DNA of 64,000 nucleotides from Squalus acanthias (lineage: Eukaryota). The translations under genes were made by a program, and so were the position numbers. Below are positions 53,266 to 64,000 of the stretch, one piece after another. Under the pieces are notes generated by a model. The model ran no database searches, had not been told where the DNA came from, and worked only from the letters and a program-made list of their open reading frames with translations. The first letter of the stretch is position 1. Each line of letters starts with the position of its first letter. The stretch is taken from the NCBI GenBank assembly GCA_030390025.1, contig JASTWF010000138.1:620001-684000 (forward strand). Reading direction: 5' to 3'.

Positions 53266-53638
53266 GGTTTCTGTGCGGACTCTCCGCCTGTTTGTTACAC
53301 TGTGGGCTCACGGCGCAGAGATAGGTGGCGCTGTCTGTCACTCGCGCGTCTCTCACAGTCAGGGCACTGAGTTTATTGCCTCCCCCGATTGAAGCAGTGA
53401 TCCTCCCGTGTTGATCGGTCCCGCTTGTGGCCATCACCAGATGCTGGAGGGTCTGATCCGGGTTCTGTCTGTACCAGTGCAGGACGTTAAACCCAGCGGT
53501 AGCGGAGCAGTTGATGGACACGATTCCCTCTTCACTAACAACCACCCGCCGAGGGAGCTGCTCCACCTCATCTTCACCGCTCACATCCGTGCAGATCAGA
53601 GTGTAAATCAGCAGGGAAACTCTGTAAATCCGGAGCAT
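53266..53638 (-). CDS. TCR alpha/delta V segment V9 with intronless leader (coding 53305-53638, 23-RSS 53266-53304)
   Basis: Single ORF MLRIYRVSLLIYTLICTDVSG-EDEVEQLP..INCS..LHWYRQNP..DSATYLCAVS; cacagtg-23-acagaaacc. Confidence 0.9.
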
Positions 53639-53814
53639 TATCCGATCAGATGAAGAGGAGGCTGAAAGAATTGTTCACAGAGGTCGGGTTAGAACTAGAC
53701 ACTGATATTATATTCAGGGTAATTAACAAAGAGACAAACTCTCGCTTCTTGTCCAACGCAGAGGTTTCTTCCTGTCGAACTAACGAAACAAGCTATATCT
53801 CTGGGTTTACCCAA

Positions 53815-54275
53815 CCCCGGGCCGTCCACACTCAGTGTTTCTCACTGACACCAGCTCACACTGTCTCTGAGCTCACACCGGGCCGCTCACACTCAGTGTT
53901 TCTCACGTGACACCAGCTCACACTGTCTCTGAGCTCACACCGGGCCGCCCACACTCAGTGTTTCTCACTGACACCAGCTCACACTGTCTCTGAGCTCACA
54001 CCGGGCCGCCCACACTCAGTGTTCTCACTGACACCAGCTCACACTGTCTCTGAGCTCACACCGGGCCGCTCACACTCAGTGTTTCTCACTGACACCAGCT
54101 CACACTGTCTCTGAGCTCACACCGGGCCGCTCACACTCAGTGTTTCTCACTGACACCAGCTCACACTGTCTCTGAGCTCACACCGGGGCCGCTCACACTC
54201 AGTGTTTCTCACTGACACCAGCTCACACTGTCTCTGAGCTCACACCGGGCGGCTCACACTCAGTGTGTCTCACTG
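53815..54275. repeat. ~61-bp minisatellite upstream of V9
   Basis: (ccgggccgctcacactcagtgtttctcactgacaccagctcacactgtctctgagctcaca)n, about 7.5 units. Confidence 0.95.
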
Positions 54276-55564
54276 TTTCACCCTGTCTTCTGGTGGCGAG
54301 TACTTGCGAGGTGCAATTATTGACGCCAATTCCCGATAATTTGCAGTACACAAGATAGTTATAAGAGAGAACGGCTACTCGCTCCTTCAAGGGATGACTC
54401 CGTCATTCAGAGAGATCCCAGCTCTCGACTTCCATTGTAGCATCCAACGATTCCAGTGTATTCTCCTCCCCCACTCTAACTGAAAGTTTATTCCACACAT
54501 TGATCACTCTCTGTGTGTGAAGCGGGATTTCCTGATACCAGTCCTGGAATTTTAACCCGTGTTCTTTCCCAGAAGGATGGAGTGGGAATTTTTTATGCTA
54601 ATATTTACAACATAACAATAGTAATAATAACATTGATAAATCATGATGAAAACTGATAATAAGCCATATAAACACTGATATTAATTTCAAAGTCAAGCCT
54701 CTATTTCCGAATCTGCTTCTTTAATCCCTTCAATAAAGTTACTGAACAATGTTCTCAGGCTGCAACTCGCCTCGATACTGAAACCAGCACAGTGAACACA
54801 TCCTCGCACTGCCCTCTGGTGGCGACTGCCTGTAACTACAAGGTACAAGACCTGACCTGTTCCAGTTCACAAGATCATTCTGAATGAGGGAAGTCATTCG
54901 GCCCGTATTGTCCCATCCATCCAGAGAGATACTATCTCCCGGCCCCACTGTGGCCTCAAACTTTTCCTTAAAAGTTTCCAGGATATGTTCCTCCACCACT
55001 GTATTCGGAAACTTATTCCATACATTCACCAGTTTCCATGTGTGAAGAAGATATTGTCCTATAATTACATTTTATACTTTGAACCCGTGATTCCCTCTTC
55101 TACTTCAAACAGTTCAATTTAAAGTAATATTGCTGAATATGTTTTTAATACATCAACTGTGTGATACTTCTCTAGATGTCATTGCAGTCAGGCACTGAGT
55201 ACGGTGCTGATTAAAACTCTCGCACATCCGCGAGCAGCAGGTCACAAGCGCTGGGTTTGTCACCTTGGAATTGATTATTCCAAAGAAAGAAGGCAGGGAT
55301 CATTGTGAGAGAAAGTGAGGACAGCGCGACAATTCCTCACAGGTGGATCCTACGTGTGACATCACTTCCCGCGGCAGCCCCGCTCACAGCTTCCGTTTGC
55401 TGCTCTCGCTCTGACCCGCCTTGCCTGCCCGGTGTTATTGGAGAGATTGCTGCCTCTGTTCCCTGTTTGACATTGGTTGGATCAGCAGTGCAGTGGGGCG
55501 GGGATCTGTATTTCTGCTCCGACAGAGGATTTCCCGGACTGCAGAGTTACAGACTCGGAGCATC

Positions 55565-56151
55565 ATGCGGAACCGGCTCGCACCGCTCCTCATCATTATA
55601 TCACTTCTCAGTAAGTAATTCCTCCCCAGTAAACATCCATTATCCCCCTGACTGCTGTAACCCAGGTGTTATTATTGGTGAAATGGTGATAATGATGGTG
55701 AATTAGACACATTTCATCTCTACTCTCATTTCCATTATGTTTTAAATCTGAATTTTAAACACCCGCCGGTCTGATCTTTTCCTGTTTGAACATGTTTTTC
55801 AGATCTGAGCCTTGGAGATTCTGTCACTCAGCCGCTGTCCTCAGGAGTTAAGGCAGAAGGAGAAGCGGTGACTTTAAACTGTACCTATGATACTACACAG
55901 GGCGGCAGCTATAATTTGTACTGGTACCGGCAACACCCAGACACACAGCCCGAGTTTATTCTGATGAAATACGCGAGCGGTTCTGAAGATAAAGCACATT
56001 TTGCCCAAACCCGTTTTTCAGCACAACTCGACAGCTCCACTAAATTCACCAGTTTAACCATCTCGGGGCTGCAGCTGACCGACACTGCAGTTTATTACTG
56101 TGCCCTGGGACTCACAGTGATGGAAACCAGTTAAACCCTCGTACAGAAACT
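55565..56151 (+). CDS. TCR alpha/delta V segment V10 (leader 55565-55610, V exon 55803-56112, 23-RSS); intact, chimeric leader
   Basis: MRNRLAPLLIIISLL/NLSLGDSVTQP..NCTY..LYWYRQHP..DTAVYYCALG; cacagtg-23-acagaaact. Confidence 0.9.
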
Positions 56152-56779
56152 CCCTCCGCTTTGTAGATCAGAGGCTCCGCCTGCTGAAGCCGGATATAAC
56201 GACGGGCAGATGTGAAGAGCGATACAAAATAATTATTCAGCAAATCTGCCATTTCCTTATATTCTATGACATTATCACCCGAGTGTGTTTTTAAGCGGCC
56301 CACATTACCCTGAGCCCCGCTTTCTCTTCTTACTTTGAAAACGTTTCCATATAATCGCCATCAGAGGGCAGTTCATTGTTCGTTTGAGTGTCGGGGCGAG
56401 TTACAGACTAAGAACATTGTTCATTTTATTTAACTAAAGAATTAGAGAAACACATTTTTAAATGCAGGCATTAAGTTCAAAAGCAAGTCTGTGTTCCAAA
56501 TGGTTAACTATTAAGTTATTGTGAATGTGGTTATTGTTAACGTGAATACGTTGTAAATATTTGTAATGAGCAGCTCGCCCCAGAATCAGTAAAACTATCT
56601 GTTGTCTGCACCCTCCCATTCTGCTCAAACCTGTCAGTCACTCCCCATTTCATTCATATAAAAGGTCGCGTTTGTCTAATTTACCGCATCGTTGTGTTCA
56701 AATCCTCAGGATCTACTGGCCGTCTCTACCTCCCTTTATATCGGCTGTGGGTAGTTCTAATGGTCAGTGAGCAGCTCTT

Positions 56780-57800
56780 TTAATGGGAGCCTCCGGCACT
56801 GCTGCCAGAACAATATTAACAAATTCCTTTCACTGGCCCCACCTCACAGACTGAAACTGTTAAAGGGCCAACATTGGGTTTAATCCCCGTCCAGTTCTCT
56901 GTTGTGAGGAGAACAAATGAGCTGTGAGCTGATTGGATAAATTGGAGAACAAAGGACTAGTGAGCTGATTGGATATCTCCTGCTGACTCTGTCAGGAATG
57001 AACCAATCGGCAGAGAGGCCGGATATTAGTCAACATCTTCCCAGCTCTTGACTAAAACAAATTCAGGTTCAACCCGTCATCCGACATCAACTCCCTGCAA
57101 ACATGTTGGCTGTTACATTTTATTTATTCGTCACAGCTGCAGCTCTCCTAATTGGTAAGTTCAAAAGTTACACAACACTGTATTTCACATCTGCATCATA
57201 CATTATATTTAATCGATCAGTTCCCGGAACACAAGATTATCAATATGTTGATCCAAAGTGAAGAAAACCATCCGGATCCACATTGACTCAACACTGAACA
57301 CTGTTTGGGGAAAATTGACAAAACCCTCCAGTGAAGGAAAGCGAAAGAGTTGAGGTGAGATTACAGGCGAATGGCAGACAGACCCGCTCCGCCCCGCCGG
57401 GGTCAATGACGGACTTTGACAGATAGACGATTCTTAAACCACAGACAGTTTGGAGTTTTCCCTTCACATCACAAGAGGTGAAGGTGAGGAACTGATCCCG
57501 TTGGAAGGTGCTGAATGTTCATTAAAGAAAGTTTTATTCAGTCGATCTCAGCATCATCCCGTGAGCAGCCCCTGAGCTGTGGGGAAATGTATTTCTGTTT
57601 AACTGCCCTGATTTACTTCTCAGGTAAGTGTTGGGGGTGACGGGCTGATTCTGGGGGATAGACACAGTGAAGTGACATTGTTTAATTTAATATCGCTCTG
57701 GGCTCTTGCAGGACATTGTCGAGGAGACTCCGTTTCACAGACACCGGCTGCAACCACAGTCAGTGAAGAAGACGATGTTCAGTTGCACTGTAATTATACA
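56780..57800 (+). repeat. Segmental duplicate of ~45340-46429
   Basis: Collinear high similarity across the promoter, both leaders and the V 5' end. Confidence 0.85.
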
Positions 57801-58056
57801 GCTACAAGCACCAGCGATCTTACCTATTCTGGTACCGTCAGTATCCCAGCGGATCCATAGAGTATCTGCTGCAGAGAACAAGATACAGCAAGAACGAAGG
57901 GAGATTTCCAGGGGTCCGTTTTTCAGCGAAGCTCAATGATTCGAGCCGAACCGTCCCGCTGAATGTGTCTGAAACACAACTGACAGACTCCGCGGTGTAT
58001 TACTGCGCACTGAGCCCCACAGAGACACGGAGCTGGGCTGGACCTGTACAAAAACT
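57587..58056 (+). pseudogene. TCR V segment V11 with a single frameshift in CDR1
   Basis: Leader 57587-57623; V exon 57712-58017 DSVSQTP..LHCNY../YLFWYRQYP..DSAVYYCALS; cacagag-23-acaaaaact. Confidence 0.85.
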
Positions 58057-58539
58057 GTCAGAGCGTCGCTCAACATATCAGCGCGTCAGAGGAACATTGT
58101 GATCAGGGGCGAGTCTCAGCTGGTCCCTGTATTTGTGATTAGACATTGTGCTGTTAATTCTAATATATAGGTATCTTTATTCCTGCAATTTGTCTCTTTT
58201 TAAGTATTTATCCAATTCCCCTTTGAATGTTATTATTGAATCTGCTTCCACCGCCCTTTCAAGGCAGTGAATTCCAGATCACAACAACTCACTGAGTAAA
58301 ACAACAAATCTCCTCATCGCCTCTCTCCAATTCTTTTGCCAAGTATCTTCAATGTGTTTGTCATAGACTGGGTTTGTATTCCCTTGAATATAGAAGATTA
58401 CGGGGTGATATAATTGTGATGTTGAAAAAGATGAAAGGAATTGATAGGGTGGATAGAGGGATAAACAGGCGATAAGATGTAGTACTGTTATCACTCAGAC
58501 ATGGCCTCCTGTAATATAACCAGTGGCAGGATTTAATTT

Positions 58540-59523
58540 AATATAAATAAAGACATTATCTAGTGCAGTATTAACTGAGAAAGGGCCTAGTGTAATACAA
58601 AGAGAGACATTGCCTAATGCAGTAGCAACTGAGACAGGGCCTTGTGAAAAATAAACAGTGATAAAGTATAGTGCATTGATAGCTGATACGGGGCCTGGTC
58701 TTATATATACAGAGAAAGTGTCAAGTGCAGTAATAACTGAGACAGGGTCTAGTGTAATCTAAACAGAGACAGGGTCTAGTGTAATCTAAACAGAGACAGG
58801 GTCTAGTGCAGTAATAACTGAGACAGGGCCTAGTGTAATATAAATAGAGACATGGTCTAGTGCAGTAATAACTGAGACAAGGCCTAGTTTAATATAAACA
58901 GAGACAGGGTCCAGTGTAATATAAACAGAGACAGGGTCTAGAGTAATATAAACAGAGACAGGTTCTAGTGCAATATAAACAGAGACAGGGTCTAGTGTAA
59001 TATAAAAAGAGACAGGTTCTAGTGCAATATAAACAGAAACAGCGTCTAGTGTAATCTATACAGAGACAGAGTCTAGTGTAATATAAACAGAGACAGGGTC
59101 TAGTGTAATATAAACAGAGACAGGTTCTAGTGCAATATAAACAGAGACAGGGTCTAGTGTAATATAAACAGAGACAGGGTCCAGTGTAATATAAACAGAG
59201 ACAGAGTCTAATATAATATAATCAGAGACAGGTTCTAGTGCAATATAAACAGAGACAGGGCCTAGTGTAATATAAACAGTGACAGGGTCCAGTGTAATAT
59301 AAACAGAGACAGGGTCTAGTGTAATATAAACGGAGACATGGTCTAGTGTAATATAAACAGAGGCAGGGCAGAGTGTAATATAAACAGAGACAGTGTGTCA
59401 TGTTATAATAAAAAAGACATGGTTTAGCGTCAATTAATCTGCGACAGCGTCGAGTGTTATCTTTGAGAAATGCACTTGTTAACATTAAGAATGATGTGCT
59501 TTACACACACACACATACTCACA

Positions 59524-59581
<58 letters not shown>

Positions 59582-60190
59582 ACGCTTTGTACGTGCTATT
59601 TTCAGTGTTCTTGTTAACCAGATGATAGTTGTGCACTTGGTATCATTAGGAACCTGTGGCAGCCCATCAGGCGTTGCTGTGAGATCACGGTCCCAGACTC
59701 TGTCGAGCACTATCAGTGGGTCATGCGAAAGCTAAATAGAAAAGTCTATGTAATATAAAGAGAGACCGGGCCCAGTGTACTATAAACAGCGGCATGGTAT
59801 GGTGCAGTATTAAAAAAGACAGGGTCTAGTGTAATATAAACAGAGACAGGGTCTATTGCAGTAGTAACTGAGACAGGGTCTAGTGTAATATAAACAGAGA
59901 CAGGGCCGAGTGTAATATAAACAGAGACAGGGTCTATTGCAGTAGTAACTGAGACAGGGTCTAGTGTAATATAAACAGAGACAGGGCCGAGTGTAATATT
60001 AACACAGACATTGTCCAGCACTTTCTAACTGTGACATGGCCTGGTGTAATATAAACAGGGGCATGGTCTAGTGCAGTAATAAATAATATAGGGCCTAATG
60101 TTATATAAGCAGAGACATTTTCTATTGTAGTAATAAATGAGACGGGGCCTAGTGTAATATGAACAGAGACAGGGTCTCGTGCAGTAATAA
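58540..60190. repeat. 27-bp minisatellite (same family as 6720-7530), interrupted by a unique spacer with (CA)n(TA)n at ~59500-59580
   Basis: gtctagtgtaatataaacagagacagg units at 58540-59410 and 59745-60190. Confidence 0.9.
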
Positions 60191-61347
60191 TTGAGATATT
60201 GGTCAGATCTTTAACCATTGAGCACAGACAGACATTGAGCTGATTCATCGAGGAAAGCCTCACTCACCTGCACAGATACATTGCTCAGATGTTTAACCTT
60301 TGAGACCAGACAGGCCTTGAGCTGCTCTACCGTGTCAGTCCTCACTCACCTGCACAGATACATTGCTCAGATATTTAAGCATCAAGAGCAGACAGGGATA
60401 GGGCTGATACACCGTGGGGGTCCTCACTCAGCTGCACAGGTACGTTGCTGAGATCTTCCTTTCGTTTAATCACTTCCATTGTTCCATTTCTTAATTTTAA
60501 TCTGCTGTTTGTTTTTCTGATCCTTGTCTGTTTTATATATCTATTTATCCCTATCTGTTCTGCTTTTCCTAATGCTCGGTTCTCGCCATCTCCCCCATTT
60601 CCTGCAAAACATCCAGATTCCCCCTTTCCCATGTACTCTGGTGACACCGTGCAGTCTGTGTGACGTCAGTCTGTGTAACGTGAGTATGCAGTCTGTGTGA
60701 CGTCAGTCTGCTGTCTGTATGACGTCAGTCTGCATTCTATGTGTGTGACGTCTGTGTTTGTCGCCAGTCAGTGTGACGTCAGTGTGCAGTCTGTGTGACG
60801 TCAGTCTGCACTCTGTGTGACGTCAGTCTGCATTCTGTGTGTCCCGGAATTTCAATTACCGTCAGCCTCTCTCGCTCTGTGTTTGAGTGACGTGGCGTGG
60901 GCCACATTTGAGTGACGTACAGTCGGACTTGTTTGGGTGCCGCACAGACGGCCTTGTTTGAGTGAGCTATAGTCGGCCATGTTTGAGAGATGTGATGTCG
61001 GTGATGTCGGCGATATTTGGGTGACGTTTGAATGTCAGCAACCTCCTTCTTGGAGCTGATCTGAATATTGATCCATGACTTTAAGGGAAAACAGCTGATC
61101 AGAAACTTAAAGGACAGTTTAACCGGTCGGTTCATTCTGTGATCGATCTTTCGGGCCGATTTGATTCTGCAGTTTGTTTTTTCGGCCGCTCTTGGAAGCA
61201 GCTGGGTGACAGTTTGATCTGAGGTTAATTTGGTTTCCTCTCGGTGTGTGTTTGAGCGCCTGACAACGCGCTGCACATTGTGGCTGCATCTGCCCGCGAT
61301 TCCACACAACCCCAACAGACAGGAGCTCCGCCCTGCAGTCCAATGGC

Positions 61348-61850
61348 AGTTTTTGTACGGGGCTGAGACTGATTTCCATCACTGTGAGTCTCAGGGCGCA
61401 GTAATACACGGCAGCGTCAGTCAGCTGCAGCCCGGAGATGGTTAAACTGGTGAATTTAGTCGAGGTCTGGAGCTCAGCAGAGAAACGGGTTTTAGCAAAA
61501 TCTGCTTTATCTTCAGCACCGTTCGAGCGTTTCCTCAGTATATACTCGGGCTGTGTGTCTGGGTGTTGCCGGTACCAGTATAAATAATAGTCGCTCCATG
61601 TAGTATCATAGGTACAGCTTAAAGTCACCGCTTCTCCTTCTGTCTTAACTACTGAGGACAGCGGCTGAGTGACAGAATCTCCAAGACTCAGATCTGAAAA
61701 ACATGTTCAAACAGGAAAAGATCAGACCGGCGGGTGTTTAAAATTCAGATTCAAACCATGTTAGAAATGAGAGAAAAGATGAAATGTGTTTGGTCCACAA
61801 TTACCTGTCAGAAATGCCCCCCACACAGCCCAGATGCTGAGTAGCCGCAT
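61348..61850 (-). CDS. TCR alpha/delta V segment V12 (leader 61805-61850, V exon 61387-61693, 23-RSS); intact
   Basis: DSVTQP..LSCTYDTT..YYLYWYRQHP..DAAVYYCALR; cacagtg-23-acaaaaact. Confidence 0.92.
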
Positions 61851-62189
61851 TGTCGCTGTCTGCTCTGTAAAAGGGGGGCTGGATATTTGAAGACACCCGT
61901 TCTAAACCCCGCCCTCAATAATCTGCTGTCCTGTCTCAGGATGCTCTCACCTCACTTCCTGGAGTCCCCAGTGGTGCTGTGAGACCGGTAGGTGGTGAGT
62001 TGGATGCCCGTGAATGGAAACACCCCGAGCTGGGCTACAGTCAGTGTCCTTACAGGGGAATGGTTCCGCTTTTCGAGACCGGGTGGGAATGAAACACTTG
62101 TATGCTTATTGTAATTTGAAAGCAGTGGGTTATAAATGGGTTTGGTTCATTCCGGCGTCAATGCGATCTCTAGAATTCGGTTCGCCTTA

Positions 62190-63190
62190 CCATCAGGACA
62201 CTGGTAACCGTGACTCCAGTGCGCTTTCCCGGTCAATGAACTCGATATTTCAGCTGAATGATTTGTAGATCCGTGATATTAGAGCGATGATAGTTGCTGT
62301 TACTGAACAAACAATTGAACAGACTTAAAGAATAAACTCCTGCTGTAATTTAAACAGGGTTTCGAGAACCGCCCTTTCTGTGGTTTGCATTTAAAATTTG
62401 TTTAAATTCTATCTGTTGAGTTCTCCGCTTCTTTGTGCCAGTTCTTTAAATCTTTCATTCTTTAAAGATTCATAATCTTCAGATGTTGGATTTGCAATGA
62501 GAGAGAATGAAGGGAGCGGCGCATCCGCGCTTTTCAACAATTTCCCGCTCATCTGCTTAAAGTGCCCAGGAACAGAGCGCGAGGAGCGGGTTCAAAGGGT
62601 GAGGTGTCGGGCGGGATCTCGTTAACAGAAGCTCAACACCAGCAGGGCTTGTAAAACTCCTTACAACTTTCACTCATAATAGAAAAGGATGAGGCTCAGA
62701 GAAATAAACACAATGCAGGCAGTTTCGGTTTGTGTTTCGCCCCTTTAACATCGATCTCCAGCATCGGTACAGTTAATGGCTTCAGAAATCAGATCTCAGG
62801 CTGTGTCTTTCATTCACATTTTAATATTTCTTGCCCCATCTTCCACACCCTTCCACTCACTGGTCCTGCCCACTGGTTAGTATCAGAAGTCAATGCTTCG
62901 CAATGAGCGATGTCTTTTTCTGACGATTATTGCCCGAAGTGCCGACCCAGCCAATTGTGGCAAATTAATTTCAAATATTAATCATCTTTTGATTCAGAAA
63001 TTGACACAACTGTTAGAAAAACAGCATTTAACTCGCTGCCCGGGGTCTGCGTCGAAAATGGAATATTGTGACCTGACGCCCTCTTGTGGATATTCTGAGA
63101 ACGGTTCAGATGTCGGTGGACAGGGTGAGAAATCCTGTGTTTTTTCTCTGCCCTGTCTGTAGTTCCTGTTTATGGGAAGCTGGGTTGGAG
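62190..63190 (+). repeat. ~1-kb segmental duplicate of ~50630-51640
   Basis: Collinear similarity (aaccgtgactccagtg .. gcttcagaaatcagatctcagg .. tgacgccctct). Confidence 0.85.
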
Positions 63191-63261
63191 CGGTTCTGAA
63201 TTAATATGCGGAGCAGCAGCAAAGGCCTTTCATCGTTAAACTAAAGACTGGACGAAGGAGG

Positions 63262-64000
63262 TTAGAGTCATAGAGTCATAGAGTTATACAGCACAGAAAG
63301 AGGCCCTTCGGCCCATCGTGTCCGCGCCGGCCATCAAGCCCTGTCTATTCTAATCCCATTTTCCAGCACTTGGTCCGTAGCCTTGTGTGCTATGGCGCTT
63401 CAAGTGTTAATCTAAATGCTTCTTGAATGTTGTGAGGGTTCCTGCCTCTACCACCCTTTCAGACAGTGAGTTCCAGATTCCAACCACCTTCTGGGTGAAA
63501 AAGATTTTCCTCAAATCCCCTCTAAACCCCCTGCCCCTTAACTTGAAACTATGCCCCCTGGTTATTGACCCCTCTACTAAGGGGAAAAGTTCCTTCCTAT
63601 CTACCCTATCTATGCCCTCATAATTTTGTACACCTCAATCAGGTCACCCCTCAGCCTTCTCTGCTCTAAGGAAAACAACCCCAGCCTGTCCAGTCTCTCT
63701 TCATAGCTGAAGCGCTCCAGCCCAGGTAATATCCTGGTGAATCTCCTCTGCACCCTCTCCAATGCAATCACATCCTTCCTATAGTGTGGCGACCAGAACT
63801 GCACACAGTATTCCAGCTGTGGCCTAACTAGCGTTTTGTACAGCTCCATCATAACCTCCCTGCTCTTATATTTTATGCCTCGGCTAATAAAGGTAAGTAT
63901 CCCATTTGCCTTTTTAACCACCTTATCTACCTGTCCTGCTGCCTTCAGGGATCTATGTACATGCACACCAAGGTCCCTCTGATCCTCTGTCCTTCCTAGG
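63262..64000 (-). mobile_element. CR1 LINE 3' part (runs off the window)
   Basis: RPQLEYCVQFWSP..QRRFTR; (atagagtc)n tail. Confidence 0.9.

Noticed and set aside
39640-64000. NAR-TCR cassette or TCR D/J/C segments
   Set aside because: I saw no FGXG J segments, no 12-RSS D segments, no C exons and no leaderless supporting Vdelta in this range; alpha versus delta use cannot be assigned

Overview
Vertebrate genomic DNA, most likely from a cartilaginous fish (shark), judging by the Ig/TCR sequences and the CR1, Penelope and Deu-SINE repeats. It has two N gaps (11051-11229, 46430-46669). The left half holds one apparently intact IgM heavy-chain mini-locus on the + strand: leader, VH (23-RSS), D (12/22-RSS), a J with a 12-RSS that looks like a germline-joined D2-J, Cmu1-4 with secretory tail, TM1 and TM2. 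About 6.7 kb after the last IgM exon begins an array of 12 TCR alpha/delta-type V segments in mixed orientation: 6 intact, 5 pseudogenes and 1 gap-interrupted probable pseudogene. Highlights: (1) RSS geometry would allow direct VH-J joining and inversional joining of TCR V segments onto IgM; (2) one TCR V has a precisely intronless leader yet keeps its RSS; (3) one V is a leader/promoter-swap chimera; (4) CTCF-consensus motifs are dense, and two sit 24 bp from an RSS; (5) there is a six-copy CRE cluster, tandem dual leaders, and hammerhead-like motifs including one in the IgM J-C intron. The rest is LINEs, SINEs and minisatellites. All calls are by eye; no database searches were run.
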